Shown piece after piece: positions 49,950 to 59,635 of a stretch of 64,000 bases of DNA. A program made the position numbers and the translations under genes. This DNA comes from Gemmatimonadota bacterium (GTDB lineage Bacteria; Gemmatimonadota; Gemmatimonadetes; Gemmatimonadales; JACORV01): positions 16,297 through 80,296 of the forward strand of contig JBGOSS010000001.1 of assembly GCA_041476105.1 (NCBI GenBank), in the 5' to 3' direction. The first letter of the stretch is position 1; every line of letters starts with the position of its first letter. Below the pieces are notes generated by a model. It saw nothing but the letters and a program-made list of their open reading frames with translations. It did no database searches and was not told the origin of the DNA.

Positions 49950-51246
49950 ACCGCGCCTCCCCGACCCGCTTGCCCTCCATCGCCGTCACCTCGAAGACGC
50001 CGCCCGGCACGTCGACGCGATCGCCGGTCCGGGGCAGCCGTCCCAGTGCGCCGAAGAGGTAGCCGCCCAGCGTGGTGTAGTCGTCGGTGTCGATCCGCAG
50101 CCCGCACTTCTCGTTGACCTCGGCCAGCTCGGTGCCGCCGGCGAAGAGCGTCGCCCCGGGGGCGAGCGACGCGCCCGACTGGCGGGGCGGCCGGTCGTAC
50201 TCATCCTCGATCTGCCCCACGATCTCCTCCAGCAGGTCCTCCATCGTCACCAGCCCCGCGGTGCCGCCGAACTCGTCGAGCACGATCACCATGTGCGCCT
50301 TGCGGAGCTTCATGTCGGCGAGGACGTCTTCCACCTCGCGCGAGCCGGGGACGAAGTGCGCGGGCCGGAGCAGGGCCGCGAGGGTGGAGGGCGGCCCGCC
50401 GGCCCGCAGCGCCGCCAGGACGTCCTTGGCGTGCACGATGCCGGTGATGTCGTCGAGCGACTCGCGGTAGACGGGATAGCGGGATCGGCCCGCGGCGGCG
50501 ATGCGGTCCGCGGCGCCTTCGATGGAGTCGGCCTCGTGAAGCGCGATCATCTGGGTGCGCGGCGTCATCACTTCGCGCGCGTTCTTCTCGCTGAACTCGA
50601 AGACGCCGGCCAGGAGCCGGGCGTCGCCCTTCTCGATCGTCCCGGCGCTGCGGCTCTGCTCGACCAGCATCCGTAACTCCTCGGCCGAGTGCAGGCGATC
50701 CAGCTCGCTGGGGGCGCGGGTGCCGAAGAGACGCAGCACCAGGTTGGCGCTGTGGTTCAACACCCAGATGAAGGGGTTGGTGGCGTAGGCGAAGACGATC
50801 AGCGGACCCGCGGCCCAGCCGGCGATCGTCTCGGGGAAGACCAGGCCCAGGGCCTTGGGAGTCAGCTCGCCGAGGACGATATGGAGGAAGGTGATGGCCA
50901 GGAACGCGACGGCGGTGGCGGCGCCGTGCGTGGCGACCCGGTCGAGCGGGGCCGGCAATCCCTGGAAGGCCGAGTGGATCACGCTCGCCACCGCCGGCTC
51001 GCCGATCCACCCCAGCCCGAGGCTCGCCAGGGTGATCCCCAGCTGGGTGCCGGAGATCATCCGGGAGATGGAGAGGATGGCCCGCCGGGCGAGCTTGGCT
51101 TTCGCGTTCCCGCGGCGTATCATCGCCTCGATACGGGTGCGCCGCGACGCCACCAGGCTGAATTCGGCGGCGACGAAAAAAGCGTTGGCGAGCACCAGCA
51201 GCAGGACGCTGCCGAGACGGAGCAACAGGGAGCCGGATTCGGACAT
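49906..51246 (-). CDS. HlyC/CorC (CNNM, DUF21-CBS-CorC) family transporter
   Basis: NAFFVAAEFSLV, QLGITLASLGLGW, GELTPK, VMTPR, DEFGGTAG, EDLLEEIVG. Confidence 0.93.
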   Translation of the reverse strand: MSESGSLLLRLGSVLLLVLANAFFVAAEFSLVASRRTRIEAMIRRGNAKAKLARRAILSISRMISGTQLGITLASLGLGWIGEPAVASVIHSAFQGLPAPLDRVATHGAATAVAFLAITFLHIVLGELTPKALGLVFPETIAGWAAGPLIVFAYATNPFIWVLNHSANLVLRLFGTRAPSELDRLHSAEELRMLVEQSRSAGTIEKGDARLLAGVFEFSEKNAREVMTPRTQMIALHEADSIEGAADRIAAAGRSRYPVYRESLDDITGIVHAKDVLAALRAGGPPSTLAALLRPAHFVPGSREVEDVLADMKLRKAHMVIVLDEFGGTAGLVTMEDLLEEIVGQIEDEYDRPPRQSGASLAPGATLFAGGTELAEVNEKCGLRIDTDDYTTLGGYLFGALGRLPRTGDRVDVPGGVFEVTAMEGKRVGEARFTKKGQETAPASRR

Positions 51247-52168
51247 GGCGGTACAGGCAAGCTATCACGATGGGCACGAGGGCCACAGCCACGGCGGGAG
51301 CGTCCGCGCCCTGTCGTGGGCCCTGGGCGTCACCCTGGTGTTCATGGCGGTCGAGGCGGTGGGGGGGCTGGTCTCGGGGTCGCTGGCCCTGCTGGCCGAC
51401 GCCGCCCACATGCTCATGGACGCCGCGGCCCTCGCTCTCGCGCTCTTCGCGGCGTGGATCGTCCGCCGCCCGCGGGCTGGGGCCCGCACCTACGGGTGGT
51501 ACCGGGTCGAAATCCTCGCGGCGCTGGTCAACGGCGCGCTGCTCCTCGCGGTCACGGCGGGGATCGTCGTCGAGGCGGCTCATCGGCTGATGGCGCCCGT
51601 GACCATCCGGACCGACGTCATGCTGGTGGTGGCATCGCTGGGGACGCTGGCCAACATCGCCGCCGCGGCGATCCTCCACGGCTCGCGGGACGAGAACCTC
51701 AACCTGCGCGGCGCCTACCTGCATGTCCTCAGCGACCTCCTCGGCTCCCTCGCCGCGATCGCGGCGGCGCTGGTGATCCGGCTCACCGGCTGGGTGGCCG
51801 CCGACCCGCTGCTTTCCATGGCGCTCTCGGTCCTGCTGCTCGTCTCCAGCGTACGGCTGCTGTGGCAGGCGGTGGACGTGCTCCTCGAGGCGGCGCCGCG
51901 GCACGTGGACATGGGGGCACTCCAGGAGGCGGTCGCCGGGGTGCCGGGCGTCGAGCGGGTGCACGACGTGCACGTGTGGACGGTGGCGAGCGGGCTGGTC
52001 GCCATGAGCGGGCACGCGGTGGTCACCGACCTCGCCCGGCAACAGCCCGCCCTCGAGGAAATCACGCGCCGGGTCAGGGGTTTCGGCATCGGCCATGTAA
52101 CCGTGCAGCTCGAAAAAGAGGGGGATTGTGTGGGCTGCGACACTCCCACTACCTTCCCGCTCGCGTAA
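51245..52168 (+). CDS. Cation diffusion facilitator (CzcD/ZitB-like)
   Basis: His-rich N-terminus, LADAAHMLMD, TYGWYRVEIL, HVLSDLLGS, HDVHVW, HVTVQLE. Confidence 0.92.
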   Translation: MAVQASYHDGHEGHSHGGSVRALSWALGVTLVFMAVEAVGGLVSGSLALLADAAHMLMDAAALALALFAAWIVRRPRAGARTYGWYRVEILAALVNGALLLAVTAGIVVEAAHRLMAPVTIRTDVMLVVASLGTLANIAAAAILHGSRDENLNLRGAYLHVLSDLLGSLAAIAAALVIRLTGWVAADPLLSMALSVLLLVSSVRLLWQAVDVLLEAAPRHVDMGALQEAVAGVPGVERVHDVHVWTVASGLVAMSGHAVVTDLARQQPALEEITRRVRGFGIGHVTVQLEKEGDCVGCDTPTTFPLA

Positions 52169-52214
52169 GCCGACCATGAACCGCAGTCAGGGGCCCCTGA
52201 AGCAGGTCTGAGCA

Positions 52215-54089
52215 GTGTCCATCCGCAACGTCGCCATCATCGCGCACGTCGATCACGGGAAAACCACTCTCGTGGATCAGATGCTCCGGCAGGCCGGCGT
52301 TTTTCGCGCGGGCCAGCAGGTCCAGGAGCGCGTCATGGATTCCAACCCGCTGGAACGCGAGCGGGGGATCACCATCCTGGCGAAGAACACCTCGGTGCGC
52401 TGGCACGACGTGAAGATCAACATCGTCGACACGCCGGGGCACGCCGACTTCGGCGGCGAGGTGGAGCGGATCCTGCGGATGGTGGACGGCGTGCTGATCC
52501 TGGTGGATGCCGCCGAAGGGCCGATGCCGCAGACCCGGTTCGTGACCCGCAAGGCGCTGGCCCTCGGGCTGAAGCCGATCGTGGTCATCAACAAGATCGA
52601 CCGGCAGGACGCCGAGCCGCTGCGGGTGCACGACGAGGTCCTCGAGCTGTTCATGGACCTCGAGGCGACCCACCAGCAGCTCGACGCCCCTTTCCTCTAT
52701 AGCGTAAGCCGCCACGGGCTGGCCTGGGTGGAGCTGCCCAAGCTCACCCCCGCCGAGGTGATCCACGCCCAGGCCGACCTGACGCCGCTCTTCGAGGCGA
52801 TCGTGCGCTACGTCCCGCCGCCGAGCACGGCGGAGGGCCCCTTCCAGATGCTGGTCTCGACCCTCGACCATTCGCCCTACACCGGCCGGATCGCGATCGG
52901 GCGGATCGAGCGCGGCACCGTCCGGGTCGGCGACACCATCGCCGTGCTGCCCAACGGCGAGCAGGGGATGGTGGACGAGAGCCTCTTCACGAAACAGAAG
53001 GTGCTCCAGATCCACTCCTTCGAGGGGCTCACGCGGGTGGACCTCCCCGAGGCGACCGCCGGCGACATCGTCGCGCTGAGCGGGATCGAGGGCGTCGAGA
53101 TCGGGCAGACGCTGACCGACCCCGCGATGCCCGAGCGGATGACCGGCATCGCGGTGGAGGAGCCCACCATCTCGGTGGACTTCATCGTCAACAACGGGCC
53201 CTTCGCGGGGCGCGACGGGAAGTACGTCACCACGCGGCAGGTGCGGGACCGGCTGTACAAGGAGACCGAGAAGAACGTCGCGCTCAGAGTGGAAGACACC
53301 GAGAGCCCCGACACCTACAAGGTCTCGGGACGCGGCGAGCTGCACCTCTCGATCCTGATGGAGACGATGCGGCGCGAGGGATTCGAGTTCCTGGTGAGCC
53401 GGCCGCGGGTGATCACCCACGAGGGGGCCAACGGCGAGCTGCTGGAGCCCTATGAGGAGTTGACGGTAGACGTCCCGGAGCAGTATGTGGGGGTGGTACA
53501 CGAGAAGCTCGGCCCCCGGCGGGCCGAGATGCTGGACATGCGCAACCCGGGCATGGGCACGGTACGGATGATGTTCCGGATTCCGGCGCGCGGGCTCTTC
53601 GGCTACCGGAGCGACTTCCTGACCGACACCCGTGGCAACGGGATGCTGAACCACCGGTTTCTCGAGTACGGGCCGTGGGCCGGCCCGATCAGCGGGCGCT
53701 CGCGGGGCGTGATGATCAGCATGGTGCAGGGTGAAGCGGTGGCCTTCGCGCTGTTCAATCTCCAGGATCGCGGCGTGTTGTTCCTGGGCCCGGGCGAGGC
53801 GTTGTACGAAGGGATGATCGTCGGCGAGAACTGCCGCACCGGGGATCTCGACGTCAATCCCAGCAAGGGCAAGAAGCTCACCAACATGCGGGCGTCGGGG
53901 TCGGATGACGCCGTCTTGCTCGAACCGCCGCGGGCGATTACCCTGGAACTTGCGCTCGAATACATCGAGGACGACGAGTTGATCGAGGTGACCCCCAAGG
54001 CGGTACGGCTGCGCAAGCGCGCCCTCGGGATGCAGGACCGAGAGAAGCTGCGGCGCGCGGGAAAACGCGCGGCCGCGGAGATGATGTAG
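52215..54089 (+). CDS. typA: Ribosome-associated GTPase TypA/BipA
   Basis: [55 protein letters not shown]. Confidence 0.97.
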   Translation: MSIRNVAIIAHVDHGKTTLVDQMLRQAGVFRAGQQVQERVMDSNPLERERGITILAKNTSVRWHDVKINIVDTPGHADFGGEVERILRMVDGVLILVDAAEGPMPQTRFVTRKALALGLKPIVVINKIDRQDAEPLRVHDEVLELFMDLEATHQQLDAPFLYSVSRHGLAWVELPKLTPAEVIHAQADLTPLFEAIVRYVPPPSTAEGPFQMLVSTLDHSPYTGRIAIGRIERGTVRVGDTIAVLPNGEQGMVDESLFTKQKVLQIHSFEGLTRVDLPEATAGDIVALSGIEGVEIGQTLTDPAMPERMTGIAVEEPTISVDFIVNNGPFAGRDGKYVTTRQVRDRLYKETEKNVALRVEDTESPDTYKVSGRGELHLSILMETMRREGFEFLVSRPRVITHEGANGELLEPYEELTVDVPEQYVGVVHEKLGPRRAEMLDMRNPGMGTVRMMFRIPARGLFGYRSDFLTDTRGNGMLNHRFLEYGPWAGPISGRSRGVMISMVQGEAVAFALFNLQDRGVLFLGPGEALYEGMIVGENCRTGDLDVNPSKGKKLTNMRASGSDDAVLLEPPRAITLELALEYIEDDELIEVTPKAVRLRKRALGMQDREKLRRAGKRAAAEMM

Positions 54090-54142
54090 ATGGCGGAGAC
54101 CGGGCCGTTCACTCGTTCACGTCTATCCTGGTGGAGGAACCA

Positions 54143-54403
54143 ATGAAGGGCTGGGGGTCGTCGGCGCCCGAGTCGCGAGGACGCCGCATCGACGACGACG
54201 AGACCGAGAACGTCGGGGGTCTGGACGACTTCGAGGAAGACGAGGAGTTCGAGGACGGCGAGCTGGACGACGAGGAAGGCGAAGAAGAGGCCGTAGACGA
54301 AGAAGAGGAAGAGGGGTACGACGACTTCGACGAGGAATTCGACGACGACGGCGAGCCGCGGCGCGGCGGCGGCGGCCGGCCGAAGCGGGATTGGTCGGAA
54401 TAA
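54143..54403 (+). CDS. Small, extremely acidic disordered protein
   Basis: GGAGG SD, GC3-biased D/E codons, followed by a terminator. Confidence 0.72.
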   Translation: MKGWGSSAPESRGRRIDDDETENVGGLDDFEEDEEFEDGELDDEEGEEEAVDEEEEEGYDDFDEEFDDDGEPRRGGGGRPKRDWSE

Positions 54404-54407
54404 GAAC

Positions 54408-54509
54408 GCTGGTAGCTGGTAGCTAATGGCTGATGGCAAACAAAGCCCCGGTTCCCCGGGGCCTTTGTTTTGCTCGCTACCAGCCACCAGCCACCAGCTA
54501 CCTGCCATC
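54408..54509. repeat. Inverted heptamer arms (GCTGGTA / TACCAGC-like) enclosing a terminator
   Basis: Left arm 54408-54437, right arm 54476-54509. Confidence 0.8.
54438..54472 (+). terminator. Intrinsic, possibly bidirectional, terminator
   Basis: AAACAAAGCCCCGG-TTCC-CCGGGGCCTTTGTTTT. Confidence 0.82.
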
Positions 54510-54523
54510 GTCTATATTGGGCC

Positions 54524-55522
54524 GTGCCCCATCACGAAACCAACCGCCAGATGGCGGGCCTGCTCATCCTGCTGCTCGGCGCGTCGCTGGTCATCGCGTT
54601 GGCGCCGCTCGCCACCGGCCTGATCGGCATCCCGGTGCTGTACGTCATCCTGGCGCCGGTGCACCAGCGCCTCGCTCCCCGGATCGGCCCGCGCATCTCG
54701 GCGGTGGTGGTGGTGGGGCTCGCACTGCTGCTGCTGGTGGTGCCGGGCGTGGCGTTCTTCGGGATCCTGCTCAGCCAGGCGCAGTCCATCGCGGCCGGCA
54801 TCGCGGAGAGCCCGGTGCTGGCGCGACTGGGCACGCTGCATGTCGGCCGCATCGCGATCGGGCCCTCCCTCGCGGACCTCGGCTCGAAGGCCGTGACCTG
54901 GCTCGGCGGCTCGGCGCTGGGGCTCATCGGCACCGCCACGCGGCAGGTGCTGAACCTGATCGTGGCCCTCTTCGGCCTCTACTACTTGCTGCTGCGTCCC
55001 GACGAGACCTGGAAGGCGGTGAGCGCCTACCTGCCGTTCTCGGATGCGACCACCGAGGAGCTGCGGGCGCGGTTCCGCAGCGTGACCGTCTCGATGGTCA
55101 TCGGTACCGGCGTGGCGGCGCTGATCCAGGGCGCGCTGACGGGCCTGGCGTTCTGGATCGTGGGCCTGCCCAACGCGGTGTTCTGGACCATGGTGACGGT
55201 GGTCCTGGGAATTCTCCCGGTGGTGGGGAGCGGGATGGTGTGGGGCCCGGCGGCGATCGCCCTGTTCGTGGACCAGCGAGCCGGGGCCGGGCTGCTCATG
55301 CTGCTCTGGGGCCTGCTGGTGGTAGGGAACGTGGACTACGTCATCCAGCCGCTGGTGTTCCGGCGCTGGGCGCACATTCACCCGGTGACGACGCTGGTGG
55401 GGGCGTTCGCGGGGGTGCCGTACTTCGGGATCCTCGGGCTGCTGATCGGACCGCTGGCACTGAGCTACTTCTTCGAGCTGGCCGCCTTGTATCGGGAGGA
55501 GTACCGGCCGAAACAAGGTTGA
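54524..55522 (+). CDS. AI-2E family transporter
   Basis: Polytopic; QGALTG, LPVVGSGMVWGP, VGNVDYVIQP, GLLIGPL; TATATT 5 nt before GTG. Confidence 0.88.
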   Translation: MPHHETNRQMAGLLILLLGASLVIALAPLATGLIGIPVLYVILAPVHQRLAPRIGPRISAVVVVGLALLLLVVPGVAFFGILLSQAQSIAAGIAESPVLARLGTLHVGRIAIGPSLADLGSKAVTWLGGSALGLIGTATRQVLNLIVALFGLYYLLLRPDETWKAVSAYLPFSDATTEELRARFRSVTVSMVIGTGVAALIQGALTGLAFWIVGLPNAVFWTMVTVVLGILPVVGSGMVWGPAAIALFVDQRAGAGLLMLLWGLLVVGNVDYVIQPLVFRRWAHIHPVTTLVGAFAGVPYFGILGLLIGPLALSYFFELAALYREEYRPKQG

Positions 55523-55573
55523 CCTGTTGCAGACTGCTGTCCCGAAAGAGTCAGACCGGGTGATGCCGGCGCG

Positions 55574-56323
55574 CTAGGGCAGGGGTCGCCCGATATCGCG
55601 CAAGCGGCCCCTCGCCTCCGTGTTGGCCGGGTCGCGTCTCACCGCCTCCCGGAAGGCGTCCGCCGCCGCCGTGGTGTCGCCCCGCATCAGGTTGATGTTG
55701 CCCCGAAAGACATACATGCCCGAGGAACCGGCAAACAGCTCTTCGTTGAAGCGGAGCAGCGCGATCGCGTCATCGAAGCGCCCGGCGCGGCCCAGCCGGA
55801 AGGCAGCGATGTTCAGCGAACTTTCGCTGAAGTCGTAGGTGTCGCGGCCGTAGTACTGCTCGCGCAACGCCCGGTAGGCGCGGATCGCCGAATCGGATCC
55901 CGCCGCCGTCGCCGCGTCGATCATCAGGGTCTGGAGCGGGGTCGGGCGGCTCGCCCCGTGGTGGCAGGTGCGGCAAGTGACCTGGAGCCCCGTCGGGGTG
56001 CGGCCCGGAATCGTGTCCAGCCTCCGGTTGATCTCCTGCACCATGCGCAGCATCTGGCGGGCGACGAGCTTGGTGCGTTTCTGGTCGCTCGGGAAATCGA
56101 AGCGTTCCAGCGGCATGCCCTCCTCGCCGACGTGACAGAACTGGCAGCGTACGCCCAGGCCGCCGGCGATGTCGCGCATGGCACCCACCACCTGGATGAC
56201 GGGCGTGGTCCGGGGAATCACCTGCGTGTTGACGAGTGAGTCGGGTGGCCAGTGGCCGGACGCCTGAGCGCGGAGTGCGAGGGGCAGGGCGAGCATGCCT
56301 AGGCTGACGACAACAAATCGCAC
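55574..56323 (-). CDS. Di-haem c-type cytochrome with C-terminal TPR
   Basis: Signal peptide; LGVRCQFCHV and VTCRTCHHG; TPR-like tail; SD GGAGG before GTG. Confidence 0.85.
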   Translation of the reverse strand: MRFVVVSLGMLALPLALRAQASGHWPPDSLVNTQVIPRTTPVIQVVGAMRDIAGGLGVRCQFCHVGEEGMPLERFDFPSDQKRTKLVARQMLRMVQEINRRLDTIPGRTPTGLQVTCRTCHHGASRPTPLQTLMIDAATAAGSDSAIRAYRALREQYYGRDTYDFSESSLNIAAFRLGRAGRFDDAIALLRFNEELFAGSSGMYVFRGNINLMRGDTTAAADAFREAVRRDPANTEARGRLRDIGRPLP

Positions 56324-56438
56324 GAAGTCCTCCGGGTTGAAACGCGACGAGGTCATGCTGCGCTTCAACCCTACGGACCGCGCCGCCGGTTGCCAGCCGG
56401 CGGCCGCAATCCTCACGGATTCCGGACAAACCGCCGGT

Positions 56439-57617
56439 TCAGTGCACCGTGAACGGCACGCTGAACTCGACGTCGTCCCAGCTCAGCCGCAGCAGCCCAT
56501 CCGACGCGCCGCCGGGCAGGATCGCGATCGTGAAGACCTCCACCGGCGCGCCGGCGACGCGCGAGCGGCGCAGCGGCACCCGGAAGACGTCGCGCGAGCG
56601 GTCGTACTGGGTGCCCCACTGGCCCGACTGCGCGTTCACCACCAGCTCCGCGGTGGCGCCGTCGATGTGGGTCCAGAGCGAGTAGATGCCGGCCGGCAGC
56701 GTGGTGCCGCCCAGCACCAGGTCCCGGTCGGTGCGCAGCTGGGTCGCGGCGTTGGCGCCGGTGCGCCACAGCGTATCGCCCAGGACGCCGTGCTCGAAGA
56801 CGTTGCGGCCGCGCTTGGAGGGGCGACCGTAGTCCACCCAGAGCTGCGCCCCGCCCAGGGTGGCGCGCACCGTGTCGCGCCGGGAAATGAACGGCCCGGT
56901 CACGCCCTGCGACGAATCCCGCGCCGTGAAGCTGGCGAAGGCCTGGTCGAGATCTACGCCGGGCACCCGCTCGGCGGTGTACTTCAGCGTGGTCCAGCTG
57001 CCGTCGAGCCCAAGCAGGCGGCCCTGCGCGTCGGTCCGCATCCGCATCTCCCCGCCGATGATCTGGAGAAACGCGCTGTCCCGCGCGATCCGGACCAGCA
57101 CCCGTCCCTGCGGGCCGCCGAGGGGAGCGACCACCGTCACCGTGCCGGTGTCGGCGCCGGCCCGGCGCAGCCACGAGAACCACAACTCGCACAAACCGAA
57201 GGTCTCGGGCAGGAGCGGGAAGCCGTTGACGGCGGCGATGCGGCGGTGGGCCACGGTGTCGCGCTCGATGGCGAGGGTGGCGCTGTCGGGCTCGAAGCTG
57301 ATCGTCAGGCGGCGAACCCTGAAGGTCGCGGCGGGGTTGCCGCGCACTGGCGTCAGCTCGACGCGCGAGGGGAGCCCGCGGGCGTCGAGGTCCGCGACGT
57401 AATGCCACTGGGCCGCCGCGGGGAGCCGCCTCACCACGTCGCCCTCCATCCGTGTTGCGGTGCGGGTGAAGCGCTCGACGCTCAGGGTGTCGGTGCCCAG
57501 GCGCACCACGATGGCGCCGGTCTGTGCGTGCAGGGCCACGACCCGGGTCATGACCAGCAGGGTCACGGCCAGCGGCCGAAGGGACACGCCAAGCCTGCGA
57601 ACCAATGAACGAGCCAT
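56439..57617 (-). CDS. Secreted DUF2911-domain protein
   Basis: VDYGRPSKRGR, WRTGANAAT, LPAGIYSL, QWGTQYD, LSWD. Confidence 0.85.
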   Translation of the reverse strand: MARSLVRRLGVSLRPLAVTLLVMTRVVALHAQTGAIVVRLGTDTLSVERFTRTATRMEGDVVRRLPAAAQWHYVADLDARGLPSRVELTPVRGNPAATFRVRRLTISFEPDSATLAIERDTVAHRRIAAVNGFPLLPETFGLCELWFSWLRRAGADTGTVTVVAPLGGPQGRVLVRIARDSAFLQIIGGEMRMRTDAQGRLLGLDGSWTTLKYTAERVPGVDLDQAFASFTARDSSQGVTGPFISRRDTVRATLGGAQLWVDYGRPSKRGRNVFEHGVLGDTLWRTGANAATQLRTDRDLVLGGTTLPAGIYSLWTHIDGATAELVVNAQSGQWGTQYDRSRDVFRVPLRRSRVAGAPVEVFTIAILPGGASDGLLRLSWDDVEFSVPFTVH

Positions 57618-57703
57618 GCGCCGTCTCCAGAGGGTGGGGAGGACCCACCCTACCCGATGCGGGACGCCGCGTCGAGACGTGGATTCGGATTGAAATGCGG
57701 GGC

Positions 57704-57786
57704 CTTGTTTGCCTTCAGCCTTCGGCCTTCAGCCTTCAGCCATTTGACAACCCTCCCTCCGCGCCCGTAGCGTGCCAACCATGACG
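57704..57786 (+). repeat. 83-bp direct repeat, left copy (heptamer array + TTGACA/TAGCGT promoter + ATGACG)
   Basis: 79/83 identical to 60794-60876 by direct comparison. Confidence 0.95.
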
Positions 57787-58072
57787 CGATGCAGCGATCA
57801 CCTCCATCGTGCTGCGCGATGAACGGCAGATGGAGTTCCACATGCTGCTACTGGCGTCACCGTCAGACGAGTTGGCGATACGGCCTTACGGGCGCACCTC
57901 TTCTCAGGGCCCTCAGTGAACCACCTTCTTGTGAATCAAACCTAGGGGAAGCCCTAGCCCCCTAATTGAGAGCCCTGTGGCGGTCTTGCGTTAGGCAGGG
58001 TGATGGACAATACTGGGGAACGGTCGTAATAGAGAGCCGAACAATTCCTTGTCAACCGCGAGGAGGATGCAC

Positions 58073-58732
58073 ATGCGAGCGCCGCGCCGCCTAACTCGCA
58101 GTTCACTCGTACTAGTTGCGGCTGGCATTCTTCTGGGAGAAACTGCGAGGGTCGCACTTGCGGAGGAGCCCGACCAGTGTCCGGTTCCCATTTCGCCGTC
58201 GGGGGATTTTCTCGGGGAGACCTTCTATAAAGTACCGATGACGCTTGAACACAACCCGGCTGGGGGAAACGTAGGCTACTATGTGAATGACCTTCCCAAT
58301 CCGATCTCCATCCCGGACAACTCTCGGATGAGGTGGGAGTGGCAGTATGGCGCCGGGACGTTCACTTGCTGGAAGCAGAATCTCGGTGTCATAACGATTC
58401 ACTGGCAGCAATTGATCCCCCCAGCCGATGGCTCTTTGGTGCCCTGGGGGACTGAAGAAGACTGTGGCGGCGACTCGGAGCAGACACAGCGGGTGGCTCC
58501 CGGCGCGGGCAGCGGGTTCCAGGCATTCGGTGGCCCCATTGCATTCGATTGCGTGGGCGGCGGCGGTGGTGGCGGTACCGGCGGCGGTAGTGGCGACGGA
58601 GACACCGGATCGTGCTGGGATGACTACGGCGACGTTTGGATCAGCTACGACGGCGGGGACACCTGGGACCTGCTGTACGAGGGGTGGTATACGGAATGCG
58701 ATGATGGCAGCATCTACCTAGCGTACACTTGA
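58073..58732 (+). CDS. Secreted hypothetical protein with Gly-rich linker and Cys-bounded Asp-box hairpin
   Basis: AGGAGG SD, signal peptide ending ALA, six Cys, C-terminal CWDDYGDVWISYDGGDTWDLLYEGWYTEC. Confidence 0.75.
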   Translation: MRAPRRLTRSSLVLVAAGILLGETARVALAEEPDQCPVPISPSGDFLGETFYKVPMTLEHNPAGGNVGYYVNDLPNPISIPDNSRMRWEWQYGAGTFTCWKQNLGVITIHWQQLIPPADGSLVPWGTEEDCGGDSEQTQRVAPGAGSGFQAFGGPIAFDCVGGGGGGGTGGGSGDGDTGSCWDDYGDVWISYDGGDTWDLLYEGWYTECDDGSIYLAYT

Positions 58733-58788
58733 CAACTCCGCCACCACGTGCGCGACACGTCCAAGGACTTTCAATCTGGGGAGGTCGT

Positions 58789-59499
58789 GTGAGATACGCG
58801 ATCGTCGTGCCGATGCTGGCCGTTGCATCGCTGCTCGCCGCGTGTTCCGGGGACAGCGTTACGCCGCAACCGATCACTCGGGCCGGTTCTGCTCCTTCCT
58901 TAAGGGGGATACTCGCGACAAGTACGGGCCGCCTGCGGCCCGAGGTCGACTCGGTTGCTTTGCAGCGCCTGCTTGATTCGGTACCACCCGAGACGCGGTC
59001 CTACGTTCGCGCAGCGTTCGAGGGTCATCAGGGGACCAGCATGCAGCTTACCGCGGCGGATCCTCGCATGCAGACCCTAATAGACGCCGTAACGCCGGGC
59101 CGCATGTCGATGTCGGCAGCTCAAAGCGAAATCGGTCGAGGGGCTTGGACCGCTCCTGTCACGCTGGCCCTTGTGTCAGGCGAGGGAGACTCGGCGGTCG
59201 GATTCCAGCGGGGCGCGGGCGCTAACGGTCGGGACGTAATTGTACTCCATGACGGAGATCTCGAAGCGCGGAAACTTAGCGCGGCGCTGCGCGGTCTCGC
59301 GCTGTTGCGGCGGAAAGACGGGGTTGTGGCCAATAGGAACTACACGGCTAGAGTAAGAGTAAGTCAGGGTCGGTCGGAGTCCGCCTCGTGGATCGCGTAC
59401 CTAGACCAGAAGATCGGCGAACTGCGTGCGGCACCCCAACGCAGCGTTCCTGGCATCGGGCAAGCTCGGGTGCTCGTGATACAGTCGGTTGGCAAGTGA
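58789..59499 (+). CDS. Hypothetical lipoprotein
   Basis: GGAGG SD, GTG start, lipobox LLAAC. Confidence 0.78.
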   Translation: MRYAIVVPMLAVASLLAACSGDSVTPQPITRAGSAPSLRGILATSTGRLRPEVDSVALQRLLDSVPPETRSYVRAAFEGHQGTSMQLTAADPRMQTLIDAVTPGRMSMSAAQSEIGRGAWTAPVTLALVSGEGDSAVGFQRGAGANGRDVIVLHDGDLEARKLSAALRGLALLRRKDGVVANRNYTARVRVSQGRSESASWIAYLDQKIGELRAAPQRSVPGIGQARVLVIQSVGK

Positions 59500-59635
59500 A
59501 GATGTGTGGCGCGGCCGCGTGCCGAGCAGCCGATGAGCTTGCAGCCATGCCATTGGGCGCACGCCTACAGGAGCCCTACGAGCCCTGAAAGGCCCGGTCG
59601 CGTTGACGCCGTGGAGAGGGAGGCCCTGGCCGTCC

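Noticed and set aside
55574-56323. Evidence for phototrophy (PufC-like cytochrome)
   Set aside because: Only two haem motifs, a TPR fusion, and no puf/bch genes in the window
57763-57777. Reverse sigma-54 promoter (TGGCACG-N4-GGGC) inside the 83-bp repeat
   Set aside because: The -24 box is good but the -12 box is poor; not supportable without TSS data
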